A DNA stretch of 53,542 bases from Phycisphaerae bacterium. Lineage in GTDB: Bacteria; Planctomycetota; Phycisphaerae; WQYP01. A program made the translations under genes and the position numbers. Of the stretch, positions 24,966-33,615 are shown in pieces; within the stretch, counting starts at the first letter, position 1; each line of letters starts with the position of its first letter. The notes beneath the pieces are model-generated. The model was not told where the DNA came from and searched no databases. It saw only the letters and a list, made by a program, of their open reading frames with translations. The stretch is taken from the NCBI GenBank assembly GCA_049965775.1, contig JBMFVX010000001.1, forward strand, positions 9,483-63,024, written 5' to 3'.

Positions 24966-27572
24966 TTAATCCTCGTGCTGTTGGCGCTCAATTTCAGTGA
25001 GTTGTTTTGGCTGGTGCTTGGAGCGATAAACCGCCCAGCCGATCAACACGGTGGCTGCAACGCCGATAACTGGAGCTATCCATGAGTGTGAGGACAGCGA
25101 AAATGTCGCCCCGGCTGGCAGGGCAGCCCTTTCCCATCGCCAGAGAGAGCCATCAAATGGCAACATGAGTGGAATGGCCAGCAGCGCGACCATGTTCATG
25201 ACTTTAAGCAGTGGGTTTATGGCCGGGCCGGCGGTGTCTTTGAGCGGGTCGCCAACCGTATCGCCGGTAACAGCCGCCTTGTGTCGCTCAGAACCTTTCC
25301 CGCGATTGGCGGATGGATTGCGCGGTTCATCTTCGATGGTCTTTTTGGCATTGTCCCAGGCTCCGCCGGCATTGGTCATGAATGCCGCCAGAAGCTGACC
25401 GGATAAAATCGCGCCGGCCAAAAAGCCCGCCAAGGCGACAACGCCCAACAGAAATCCAACCAGCAGCGGTGACAAAATGGCCAAAAAGCCCGGGCCAATC
25501 AATTCGCGCTGTGCCGTGGAGGTGCAAATGTAGACGACGCGGCCATAGTCTGGTTTTTTTTCGCCGCGCCAAATGCGTTCATCGCGGAACTGTTCACGAC
25601 ATTCTCGCACGATGAGGAATGCAGCCCGGCCTACGGCGCGAATGGTCATGGAACTGAACAGGAAAGGGACCGCTCCTCCAAGGAGCAAGCCCACAAGCAG
25701 TTTGGGATTTGCGACGGAGATCATACCTGAGATGGCGCGGTAAGCTTCGTCGCTGATGCGCGCATGATCAGAAACTCCACCTGTGCCAACCAAAGTAATG
25801 AACGCAGCATAAAGGCTTACCGCCGCAATAACCGCCGACCCAATCGCCACGCCCTTGGTCAGAGCTTTGGTTGTGTTGCCGGTGGCGTCGAGGTCTGCGA
25901 GCACCTGGCGGGCAGAGCGATGATTGGCGTCGCCCATGGCGGCGGCGTCGTAGCCCATTTCGCCGATGCCGTTGGCGTTATCCGCAACCGGCCCGAAAAC
26001 GTCCATGCTTAAGGTGTTGCCGGCAAGCGTAAGCATGCCAATGCCGCACATGGCAATTCCGTAGGCCACGAAGATCGGATTGGCGCCGTAAAATATGAGG
26101 CTTGTAATGCTTACGCAGCATGCAAGGATTACCGCAGCGCTGACCGAGCTTTCCATACCCACGGAAAGACCGGTAATAATATTGGTGGCATGACCGGTGC
26201 TGCATGATTTGACGAGTGATTCGACAGGCGGCTCATGCGTGCCGGTAAAGTATTCGGTGGAAACGTTGAGTACCAGTGCCAGCGTAATGCCAACGAGGGT
26301 TGCTTCTGCCGGGCGCATGTCAAGCCCGTGAATTCCAAAATTGGCCCACCATGGAGCTGCGCCGAGAAAGCTTTTGAGATGGGGAATCTGGGCGGTGGCC
26401 GCGGCGTCAAATCGCAGGTACCAGAATCCAACGGCGACAAGGCCCAGCGTGCTTAGCAATGCCCCGAGATGATAGCCACGGGTAATGGCTTTCATGGCGG
26501 ATTGACTGTCGCCCTTGCCGGCGGCGCGGACAGTAAAGGTTGCGATCATATCAGAAGCAACACCTACGGCGCGCACCAGCAGCGGAAACATCATGCCGAT
26601 ATGTCCAAAGCTCGCCCAGCCCAGAATCATCGCGGCCACCATGGTAACTTCGTAGCTTTCGAAAATGTCAGCGGCCATACCGGCGCAGTCGCCTACGTTA
26701 TCGCCGACATTGTCGGCAATAGTTGCGGCGTTTCGCGGATCATCCTCTGGAATGTCCTTTTCGACTTTACCTACAAGGTCGGCGCCCACATCGGCGGCTT
26801 TGGTGTAAATGCCGCCGCCAACGCGCATAAACAGCGCCAACAGTGTGCCGCCGAAACCAAAACCGAGCAGTGCTTCCGGCGCTCGGTTGCCGAAATACAT
26901 GAATATCAAGGTGGCTCCGAGCAGCCCCAAGCCGTCGTTGAGCATGCCGGTGACCGTACCGGTACGGTAGCCCAACTGCAGTGCCTTGCCAAAGCCGTGG
27001 GGTGCGGCGGCTGCGACCACCAGATTGCCTTCAGTGGCCATTAGCATGCCGAAGGTTCCAACGGCCATGGAGAAAAACGCGCCCATCAAAAACGCGATGG
27101 CCCGGCCGATGGGTAGATTCCATCCAGCGGCGGTATTACTGCTTGCCGTCAATACCAATAAGATGGTGATGATGCCGATCAGTGGCAGCAGCGTATAACG
27201 CTGGCGGCGCAAATAAGCCACAGAGCCTTGCCGGATGGCGGTGGCGACTTCTTTCATTTTTATTGTGCCGTGGTCAGCTCGGCGAATGATGCCTACGAGA
27301 AACGCTGCATAAAGCAGGCCTGCCACCGCAATGCCGAGCACCACAAACAGTGCGATGCGTTCGGGTGTGGTAAAGGTAGGCATATACCAGAAGCCGAAGG
27401 GATGAAACGTTTCGTGCGATGCGATAGCTGTTGGGGCGGCGTTCTGGCTGCTGGTTGGAAAGTGATGCTGGCTCAAGAAAATGTATATAGCCAAAAAGAT
27501 GATTAAAACCAGTGTCATCCACGAACTTTTTGTACGGGCTTTAAGAAATGTCGCTAATTTGTCTGCAGCCAT
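24966..27572 (-). CDS. hppA: Membrane-integral proton-translocating pyrophosphatase (K+-independent signature)
   Basis: Canonical M-PPase motifs (GGGIYTKAADVGADLVGKVE, DNVGDNVGDCAGM, GDTVGDPLKDTAGPAINPL). GNTTKALTKG has Lys at the K+-dependence position. Start set to the ATG at 27572 (GGAGAAAGG RBS). Confidence 0.95.
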   Translation of the reverse strand: MAADKLATFLKARTKSSWMTLVLIIFLAIYIFLSQHHFPTSSQNAAPTAIASHETFHPFGFWYMPTFTTPERIALFVVLGIAVAGLLYAAFLVGIIRRADHGTIKMKEVATAIRQGSVAYLRRQRYTLLPLIGIITILLVLTASSNTAAGWNLPIGRAIAFLMGAFFSMAVGTFGMLMATEGNLVVAAAAPHGFGKALQLGYRTGTVTGMLNDGLGLLGATLIFMYFGNRAPEALLGFGFGGTLLALFMRVGGGIYTKAADVGADLVGKVEKDIPEDDPRNAATIADNVGDNVGDCAGMAADIFESYEVTMVAAMILGWASFGHIGMMFPLLVRAVGVASDMIATFTVRAAGKGDSQSAMKAITRGYHLGALLSTLGLVAVGFWYLRFDAAATAQIPHLKSFLGAAPWWANFGIHGLDMRPAEATLVGITLALVLNVSTEYFTGTHEPPVESLVKSCSTGHATNIITGLSVGMESSVSAAVILACCVSITSLIFYGANPIFVAYGIAMCGIGMLTLAGNTLSMDVFGPVADNANGIGEMGYDAAAMGDANHRSARQVLADLDATGNTTKALTKGVAIGSAVIAAVSLYAAFITLVGTGGVSDHARISDEAYRAISGMISVANPKLLVGLLLGGAVPFLFSSMTIRAVGRAAFLIVRECREQFRDERIWRGEKKPDYGRVVYICTSTAQRELIGPGFLAILSPLLVGFLLGVVALAGFLAGAILSGQLLAAFMTNAGGAWDNAKKTIEDEPRNPSANRGKGSERHKAAVTGDTVGDPLKDTAGPAINPLLKVMNMVALLAIPLMLPFDGSLWRWERAALPAGATFSLSSHSWIAPVIGVAATVLIGWAVYRSKHQPKQLTEIERQQHED

Positions 27573-27772
27573 GGTCGCTGCCTTTCTCCGCACTAACAAA
27601 TGCGCGGAATGTTCCTGCGCTCGGGCGAACGCTACAGTTCGCGGCCGACGCCGGATTGGCCGCCCCGTCTCCCCAGGGCCGGCAAACGTCATTGTGGGAC
27701 TTGCGGCGTTGCGGAGCAATGGCTTAAAAGCGTCGCATGATGCGTTGCAGAGGTGCCTGTGCAGGCGTTGTA

Positions 27773-27778
27773 ATTATA
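27773..27778 (-). promoter_or_regulatory. Putative -10 box (TATAAT, minus strand) for hppA
   Basis: The reverse complement of ATTATA at 27773-27778 is TATAAT. This would give a GC-rich leader of about 190 nt. The -35 is weak. Confidence 0.3.
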
Positions 27779-28178
27779 AAAGACAAGATCACTTTGAAAA
27801 TAAGAGATCATAGCATGAACATATATATATTACAACACTATTCATATAAGGCCGTAAATAGTGATGATTCGGCGATTGGTGCTAAATGAAAACACCTTTT
27901 TGCTTATGGTGTGGCTTGATGCATAGTTGCAAAGTATGGGATTAACATAGGGAATATACCGATTGTAAATGCCGAGCGCGTAGTAGGCTGATTTCAGGCG
28001 ATCTCCGAGCAAAATTATTTCTGATCGTGGCCTTTGTCGCACGCTGCAAGACTATAGGTAAAATGCTGATGGCCTATCACAGCATTTATTGTATAGCGTG
28101 TCGGTGGATAATCCTGATGTGGTTGGATTTGCACTACGGGTAAGCTGGCTTTCGAGAGTACAGAGCGGCGTGGCTGTT

Positions 28179-28194
28179 TGTGAAAAGTTTCACG
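28179..28194. promoter_or_regulatory. CRP/FNR-type palindrome TGTGA-N6-TCACG upstream of hypF
   Basis: 9 of 10 matches to TGTGA-N6-TCACA (read directly), centred 43 nt upstream of the hypF ATG. No recognisable -10 follows, so its role (activator site, operator or coincidence) is open. Confidence 0.3.
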
Positions 28195-28229
28195 AGGCCA
28201 AAGCCGCCGGGCTCTCTTGAGGCCGTCGT

Positions 28230-30632
28230 ATGGATCGGTCCTGCACAGCAGCGGAAGAGTTGAGGCGGCGGCGCTGGGTTGTCGCAGGCTGCGTGCAGGG
28301 CATTGGCTTTAGACCGTTCGTGTATCGCCTGGCGAAGCAATGCGGTCTCACTGGCTCAGTACGCAACGATTCGCAAGGCGTCGTCATAGAGATACAGGGA
28401 TGCTCCCAGTCGCTTAGCCTCTTTCAAAAGTCCTTTGCCGCTGCACTTCCGCCGCTAGCACAGGTCGCCAGCATAATAGAAGCGGATTGCCAACCCAACA
28501 TCGCGGAGACGCAATTTTCCATTGAACAGAGCGTGAGCGGCGATGCACCAACGGCCGGTATCGCACCGGACATAGCATTATGTGAAGCCTGCCGCGCGGA
28601 AATGCGTGATCCAGCCAACCGACGCTTTGGCCACGCACTTATCAGTTGCACCAATTGTGGGCCTCGATTCAGTATTGTTCGGTCTATTCCATATGATAGG
28701 CCTGCTACAACCATGGCCTCGTTTGAATTGTGCGGCCAATGTGCACAAGAATACATTAATCCGGATGACCGTCGGTTTCATGCACAGCCCGTGTCATGCC
28801 TTGCGTGCGGGCCGCAGATTGAGTTCATGGACAACGCTGGACGCATTGTGCCGGGCGATCCTGTTGCCACCGCCGCTCATTGGCTGCTCGAGGGCCGTAT
28901 CATTGCCATAAAAGGTATTGGCGGCTTTCACTTGGCTGCGCGTGCAGATCAGCCTTTGGTGGTTCATAGACTGCGGCAATTAAAACAGCGTGATGCCAAG
29001 CCGATGGCAGTGATGGTGTGCGATGAGGCGGAAGCCGGCAAGCTTATTGACCTGAGCGACAACGGCATTGCTGCACTAACCTCGCCAGCGGCCCCGATTG
29101 TATTGGCAACGCGCCGCAGCAGAACACCCATAGCGCCCCAAGTCGCCGCGGGAACTCATCGGCTGGGAGTCATGTTGGCGTACACGCCGCTACAGCATCT
29201 CCTGTTCGATCGGCTGGGCAACATTCCGTTGGTTATGACCAGCGGCAACATAAGTGATGAGCCAATCGCCATAAATAACCAGGAAGCGTTTACAAGGCTC
29301 GGGCCTCTCTGCGACGGGTTTCTCTGGCACGATCGTCCCATTCAGCGATGTGTGGATGATTCCGTCGTTTTAGATGCCGGACCGGGGAGAGAGATCATGC
29401 CGGTGCGGCGGTCGCGGGGTTACGTACCGGCGACAATTGAGTTGGGTGGCCCCAAAGGGTGTATGGGAATTGCCTTGGGGGGTGAACTAAAAAATACTCT
29501 CTGCGCGATCACCGACGCGGGGGCGGTACTAAGCGCTCATTTGGGCGATCTGCGGCATCAGAAAGCCTTTATGAACTTTAAGAGCGCCGTTGACGATTTG
29601 CTGCAACTGTATGATGTAAAGCCCGCGTTTGTTGCGTGTGATGCGCACCCTATGTATGTCAGTTCGCACTATGCGGTAGAGTTGGCCCGGCGGTATGGGG
29701 CCAGGTTAATTTCGGTGCAGCATCACCATGCGCACGCGTGTTCGGTGTTGGCGGAGCATAACCACTGGCAAGAGGCGCTGGCCCTGGTTTGCGACGGGAC
29801 CGGCTTGGGTAGCGATGGCGGCGGCTGGGGTGGGGAGTTGCTACGTGTCAGCCCGCAATCTTTTACACGACTAGGTTCGATAGCGCCTCTGCAACTGCCC
29901 GGCGGCGATGCCGCCGCAGTAGACATTCGTCGCAGTGCCTTGGCAATTTTATGGCGACTTTACGGGGTAGATGCAAGCACTCATCCCATTACGCGACGAC
30001 TGTTTCCAGAGTCGGCCGAACGTAACATGCTTTGCACCATGCTGCGTCACAATGTGCAAAGTGTGCTCTCCAGCAGCATTGGCCGACTCTATGACGGCCT
30101 GGCGGCCCTGCTTGGCGTTTGTACGCATAACCGATTCGAAGCACAGGCCGCCATGGCCCTCGAGGCCATTGCGTATCGCCACGTGCCAACACAGGGCTTA
30201 GAGCCTATGTGGAAAATTACGCCCTGGCATCAGGAGTCAGAGCGTTCCAGGCGACAAGAGTCGCAAAGGCTCGACCTCGATTTGTTTTGGCATTACGCAA
30301 TCGAATTACTGGTGCAGGGGGCCGCACCTGATCGGCTGGCCGCCGAGTTTCACTGGCAGTTGGCGATGGGATTGGCTTCGCTGGTTAAACAGCAGGCCGC
30401 AGAGACAGGGCTAAGCACCGTGGTATTGGCGGGTGGGGTATTTGTAAACGAAATATTGCGAGACCTAGTAATTGAGAATTTGGAAGACTGCGGTTTAAAA
30501 GTGTTGCGCAACTGCGCCGTGCCGTGCAACGATGGAGGTTTGGCTTTAGGCCAGGCTTTCGTTGCGGTGCACGATCCATCGCTTGCGGGATGCTGTAAAC
30601 CCGCTGAACAGGAGTGTGCTTTATGTGCTTAG
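28230..30632 (+). CDS. hypF: [NiFe]-hydrogenase maturation carbamoyltransferase HypF
   Basis: Acylphosphatase-like N-terminus (VQGIGFRPFVYRLA), two Zn-finger pairs (CEAC...CTNCGPRFS; CGQC...CLACGPQ), then YrdC-like and Kae1-like domains. 800 aa. GAGG RBS 7 nt upstream. Confidence 0.95.
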   Translation: MDRSCTAAEELRRRRWVVAGCVQGIGFRPFVYRLAKQCGLTGSVRNDSQGVVIEIQGCSQSLSLFQKSFAAALPPLAQVASIIEADCQPNIAETQFSIEQSVSGDAPTAGIAPDIALCEACRAEMRDPANRRFGHALISCTNCGPRFSIVRSIPYDRPATTMASFELCGQCAQEYINPDDRRFHAQPVSCLACGPQIEFMDNAGRIVPGDPVATAAHWLLEGRIIAIKGIGGFHLAARADQPLVVHRLRQLKQRDAKPMAVMVCDEAEAGKLIDLSDNGIAALTSPAAPIVLATRRSRTPIAPQVAAGTHRLGVMLAYTPLQHLLFDRLGNIPLVMTSGNISDEPIAINNQEAFTRLGPLCDGFLWHDRPIQRCVDDSVVLDAGPGREIMPVRRSRGYVPATIELGGPKGCMGIALGGELKNTLCAITDAGAVLSAHLGDLRHQKAFMNFKSAVDDLLQLYDVKPAFVACDAHPMYVSSHYAVELARRYGARLISVQHHHAHACSVLAEHNHWQEALALVCDGTGLGSDGGGWGGELLRVSPQSFTRLGSIAPLQLPGGDAAAVDIRRSALAILWRLYGVDASTHPITRRLFPESAERNMLCTMLRHNVQSVLSSSIGRLYDGLAALLGVCTHNRFEAQAAMALEAIAYRHVPTQGLEPMWKITPWHQESERSRRQESQRLDLDLFWHYAIELLVQGAAPDRLAAEFHWQLAMGLASLVKQQAAETGLSTVVLAGGVFVNEILRDLVIENLEDCGLKVLRNCAVPCNDGGLALGQAFVAVHDPSLAGCCKPAEQECALCA

Positions 30633-30898
30633 CGGTACCAGCACAATTGGTGGAGCAGGATGGCTCGTGTGGAGTGGTTGACCTGCATGGCAATCGCGTA
30701 CCTGTCAACACCCTGATGACGCCGGAGGCTGTAGTTGGTGATTGGGTCCTCATCCATGCCGGATTCGCCATTGAGCGATTGGATGCCCGGCAAGCCACCG
30801 AGACATGGTCGCTTATTAACGATCTCAAACGAGCTGGCATGCCTGCAACCTCTATGGGTGACGCGGCACCGGCTGCAGCAGGAGGCGATTATGAATAA
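30623..30898 (+). CDS. hypC: Hydrogenase assembly chaperone HypC/HupF
   Basis: Start set at MCLAVPAQL (the invariant N-terminal Cys2) with CAGGAG upstream. Overlaps the hypF stop by 10 nt. Confidence 0.9.
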   Translation: MCLAVPAQLVEQDGSCGVVDLHGNRVPVNTLMTPEAVVGDWVLIHAGFAIERLDARQATETWSLINDLKRAGMPATSMGDAAPAAAGGDYE

Positions 30899-32024
30899 TG
30901 CATTGTCACATAATGCAGAACCGCGCCTGCTGCTGCAACGGCTTCACGCTGCCGCAAAGCATGTGAAGGGACGATTGGCCTTTATGGAGGTATGCGGAAC
31001 GCACACAACGAGTGCCTTCCGGTGCGGGTTGCACAGCGTGCTGCCGGCAAATGTTCGATTAATCAGCGGGCCAGGCTGCCCTGTGTGTGTTACCTCTCAG
31101 GCGGATATAGATCAATTGGTGGGTCTGGCCCGGCGCGACGATGTTGTTTTGTGCACCTATGGTGACATGCTTCGTGTACCCGGCCAGCACAGCAGCCTTG
31201 AAAAAATCCGCGGTCAGGGCGGGCGTATTGAGGTGGTCTACAGCAGCCTCGACGCGGTTGCGTTGGCCCAGCGCGAACCGCATCGGCGCATCGTATTCGC
31301 CGCGGTCGGTTTTGAAACCACCGCACCAGCTACCGCTGTGGCCATTCGCCGAGCCGAAGAATTGCGACTTAAAAATTTCTCGGCATTGGCCAGTCATAAG
31401 ACCATTATTCCAGCGTTGCGAGCGTTATTAGAGGATCGCGGTCATCTCAAGATAAATGGATTTTTGTGTCCGGGGCACGTTTCGGTGGTGATTGGCTCGG
31501 ATGCCTATGTTCCTATTGTGCAGGAGTATGGCATAGCGTGCGTGATCGGTGGCTTTGAGCCAACGCTGCTGCTTGAAGCATTAGCTTGCCTGACTGAATT
31601 AGCGGCTGAAGGCAAGGCGGCGCTGGTCAATCAGTATCCGCAGGCTGTTTCTTCACGGGGAAACGGCCGCGCCCAAGCACTGCTGACACAGGTGTTTGAG
31701 CCGGCCGACGCACGTTGGCGCGGCATGGGCGTAATTGCAGGCAGCGGATTACGCATACGCAAAGAGTATGAGCGATTCGACGCACAGAAGGTGTTTGCTC
31801 TGCCAGTGCTGCAGGACTGTGAGCCGAAAGGATGCTTATGTGGGCAGGTCATAAGCGGGCAGATTGATCCGCCGAGGTGCTCGCTTTTTGCCCGCGCCTG
31901 CACACCGGTTAATCCGATAGGTCCCTGCATGGTCAGTTCGGAGGGGACTTGTGCTGCTTGGTTTAAGTACGGCCAAAAGAGAATGGTACCCGATGGCCGC
32001 CAGACGCAGGAGTCATTTTTATGA
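30891..32024 (+). CDS. hypD: Hydrogenase maturation Fe-S protein HypD
   Basis: MEVCGTHT, GPGCPVCVT and FLCPGHVS motifs. Start set at the ATG at 30891 (GGAGG upstream), overlapping the hypC stop. Confidence 0.95.
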   Translation: MNNALSHNAEPRLLLQRLHAAAKHVKGRLAFMEVCGTHTTSAFRCGLHSVLPANVRLISGPGCPVCVTSQADIDQLVGLARRDDVVLCTYGDMLRVPGQHSSLEKIRGQGGRIEVVYSSLDAVALAQREPHRRIVFAAVGFETTAPATAVAIRRAEELRLKNFSALASHKTIIPALRALLEDRGHLKINGFLCPGHVSVVIGSDAYVPIVQEYGIACVIGGFEPTLLLEALACLTELAAEGKAALVNQYPQAVSSRGNGRAQALLTQVFEPADARWRGMGVIAGSGLRIRKEYERFDAQKVFALPVLQDCEPKGCLCGQVISGQIDPPRCSLFARACTPVNPIGPCMVSSEGTCAAWFKYGQKRMVPDGRQTQESFL

Positions 32025-33073
32025 ATACGGCAACACCGCAGCATGCTCGATTTGACGCATTTGCCGGTCCGAAGTTATCGCGCATTGTCATGGCGCATGG
32101 CGGCGGCGGGCAGCTTACGGACGCTCTTGTTCATCAGCTTATATTGCCTCGCATTGGTAATCCGGCGCTGAATGAGCTGCTGGATTCCGGTTTTACCGCC
32201 GATGGCGCAACCGCCATCACCATTGACAGCTACGTAGTTCAACCGCTGTTTTTCCCAGGCGGTGATATTGGCCGGCTGGCCGTAAGCGGCACCGTCAATG
32301 ATCTGGCGGTTTGCGGCTGTAGGCCGTTGGGCTTGGCGCTTTCGCTGATTCTGGCGGAGGGCCTGGAGCAGCGCACGTTGGACAGGGTGCTTGAATCCAT
32401 AAACCGCACGGCACAGGAGGCTGGAGTTTCGATCCTTACGGGCGATACCAAAGTGGTCGGGCAGGGGCACGCGGACGGGATGTATATAACGACCGCCGGC
32501 GTGGGCGTTCGGCGCGAAGATTCGCGTTTGAGCATGGGAGCCATTGCGCCGGGCGATGTGTTGTTGATTAACGGCGCTATCGGCGAGCACGGACTGGCGG
32601 TGATGCTGGCTCGTGAAATGCCGGAAGTAAAAAGCGTTCTGCGTAGCGATGCGGCTCCGCTCAATGGACTGCTCGAAGTGCTTCAGGACGCGGTGCCTGG
32701 TGTGGTGTTTATGCGCGATGCGACGCGCGGTGGTCTTGCCGGGGTTTGTGCGGACATTGCAGCGCGGACTCATCGGCAGATAGTTCTTGATGAAACGCGG
32801 ATTCCGGTGCGTGTTGAGGCCCTGCACGCGGCCGAAATGCTTGGACTTGATCCATTGGACATAGCCAACGAAGGCAAGGTGGTGGTGGTGGTGCGCAGCC
32901 GCGACGCGAGCGTGGCGCTTTCGGCTATGCAAAGCCATCCTTTAGGGCGCGATGCCTGCGAAATCGGTCGAGTTGCTGAAACGCGCGATGGCTTATGCGT
33001 GCTTCACACAGCCATTGGCGGTCAGCGTATTGTACAGAAACCCTATGGAGAACAGTTGCCGAGGATTTGCTAA
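32021..33073 (+). CDS. hypE: Hydrogenase maturation carbamoyl dehydratase HypE
   Basis: PurM-like fold motifs and the characteristic C-terminal ...LPRIC. ATGA overlap with hypD. Confidence 0.95.
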   Translation: MNTATPQHARFDAFAGPKLSRIVMAHGGGGQLTDALVHQLILPRIGNPALNELLDSGFTADGATAITIDSYVVQPLFFPGGDIGRLAVSGTVNDLAVCGCRPLGLALSLILAEGLEQRTLDRVLESINRTAQEAGVSILTGDTKVVGQGHADGMYITTAGVGVRREDSRLSMGAIAPGDVLLINGAIGEHGLAVMLAREMPEVKSVLRSDAAPLNGLLEVLQDAVPGVVFMRDATRGGLAGVCADIAARTHRQIVLDETRIPVRVEALHAAEMLGLDPLDIANEGKVVVVVRSRDASVALSAMQSHPLGRDACEIGRVAETRDGLCVLHTAIGGQRIVQKPYGEQLPRIC

Positions 33074-33099
33074 GCCGGTCCTCTTTTAAGGAGAAGTTT

Positions 33100-33615
33100 A
33101 TGATGCTTCATGCTCCGCCCGTAACCGCACCGCCCACCAACGACAAGCGCTGGAAGATTGTCGAAACGGTAATGCGTCGCAATGACTTTGAACCCGAAGC
33201 ACTCATCGAAAGCCTGCACAGTGTTCAGCAGAGCTTTGGTTATCTGGACGAACCGTCCATGCGTTGGGTGGCCGGCGCGCTGCATGTGCCGTTATCGAAA
33301 GTGTATGCGGTGGCCACCTTTTACCATTTTTTCTCACTTAAGCCGCAGGGCCGTCATACCTGTGTGGTATGCCTGGGAACCGCGTGCTACATCAAGGGCG
33401 GCCGTCAGCTTCTGGATGAAGTTGAGCGTCATTATCACGTTCACGAGGGCAAAACCACAGAGGATGGCGAATTGTCTGTGATGGTGGCTCGCTGCATCGG
33501 CGCATGCGGCCTGGCTCCCACCACCGTGCTGGACGGACAGGTGCTTGGCAAGAAAACAGCGCCGCAATTGCTTGCCGCGATAGATGAAAAACTCCAAAGA
33601 AAGGTAACACCATGA
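33100..33615 (+). CDS. hoxE: Bidirectional hydrogenase diaphorase subunit HoxE (NuoE-like, [2Fe-2S])
   Basis: NuoE-type motifs (VATFYHFFSLKPQGRHTCVVCLGTACYIKG ... ARCIGACGLAP). Start set at the ATG at 33100 (AAGGAG upstream). Confidence 0.9.
   Translation: MMLHAPPVTAPPTNDKRWKIVETVMRRNDFEPEALIESLHSVQQSFGYLDEPSMRWVAGALHVPLSKVYAVATFYHFFSLKPQGRHTCVVCLGTACYIKGGRQLLDEVERHYHVHEGKTTEDGELSVMVARCIGACGLAPTTVLDGQVLGKKTAPQLLAAIDEKLQRKVTP

Noticed and set aside
25554-25561. T8 (A8 on the coding strand) homopolymer inside hppA, a possible slippage or phase-variation site
   Set aside because: It encodes an in-frame Glu-Lys-Lys in an intact essential-type gene. A single 8-mer is not unusual, and nothing indicates variation.
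27842-28042. 66-aa ORF (GTG start) and several 16-25-aa Cys-containing mini-ORFs in the AT-rich island (for example MKTPFCLWCGLMHSCKVWD)
   Set aside because: They lack an RBS, and their composition simply reflects AT-rich DNA. No partner genes such as RiPP enzymes are present. The region is treated as regulatory DNA.
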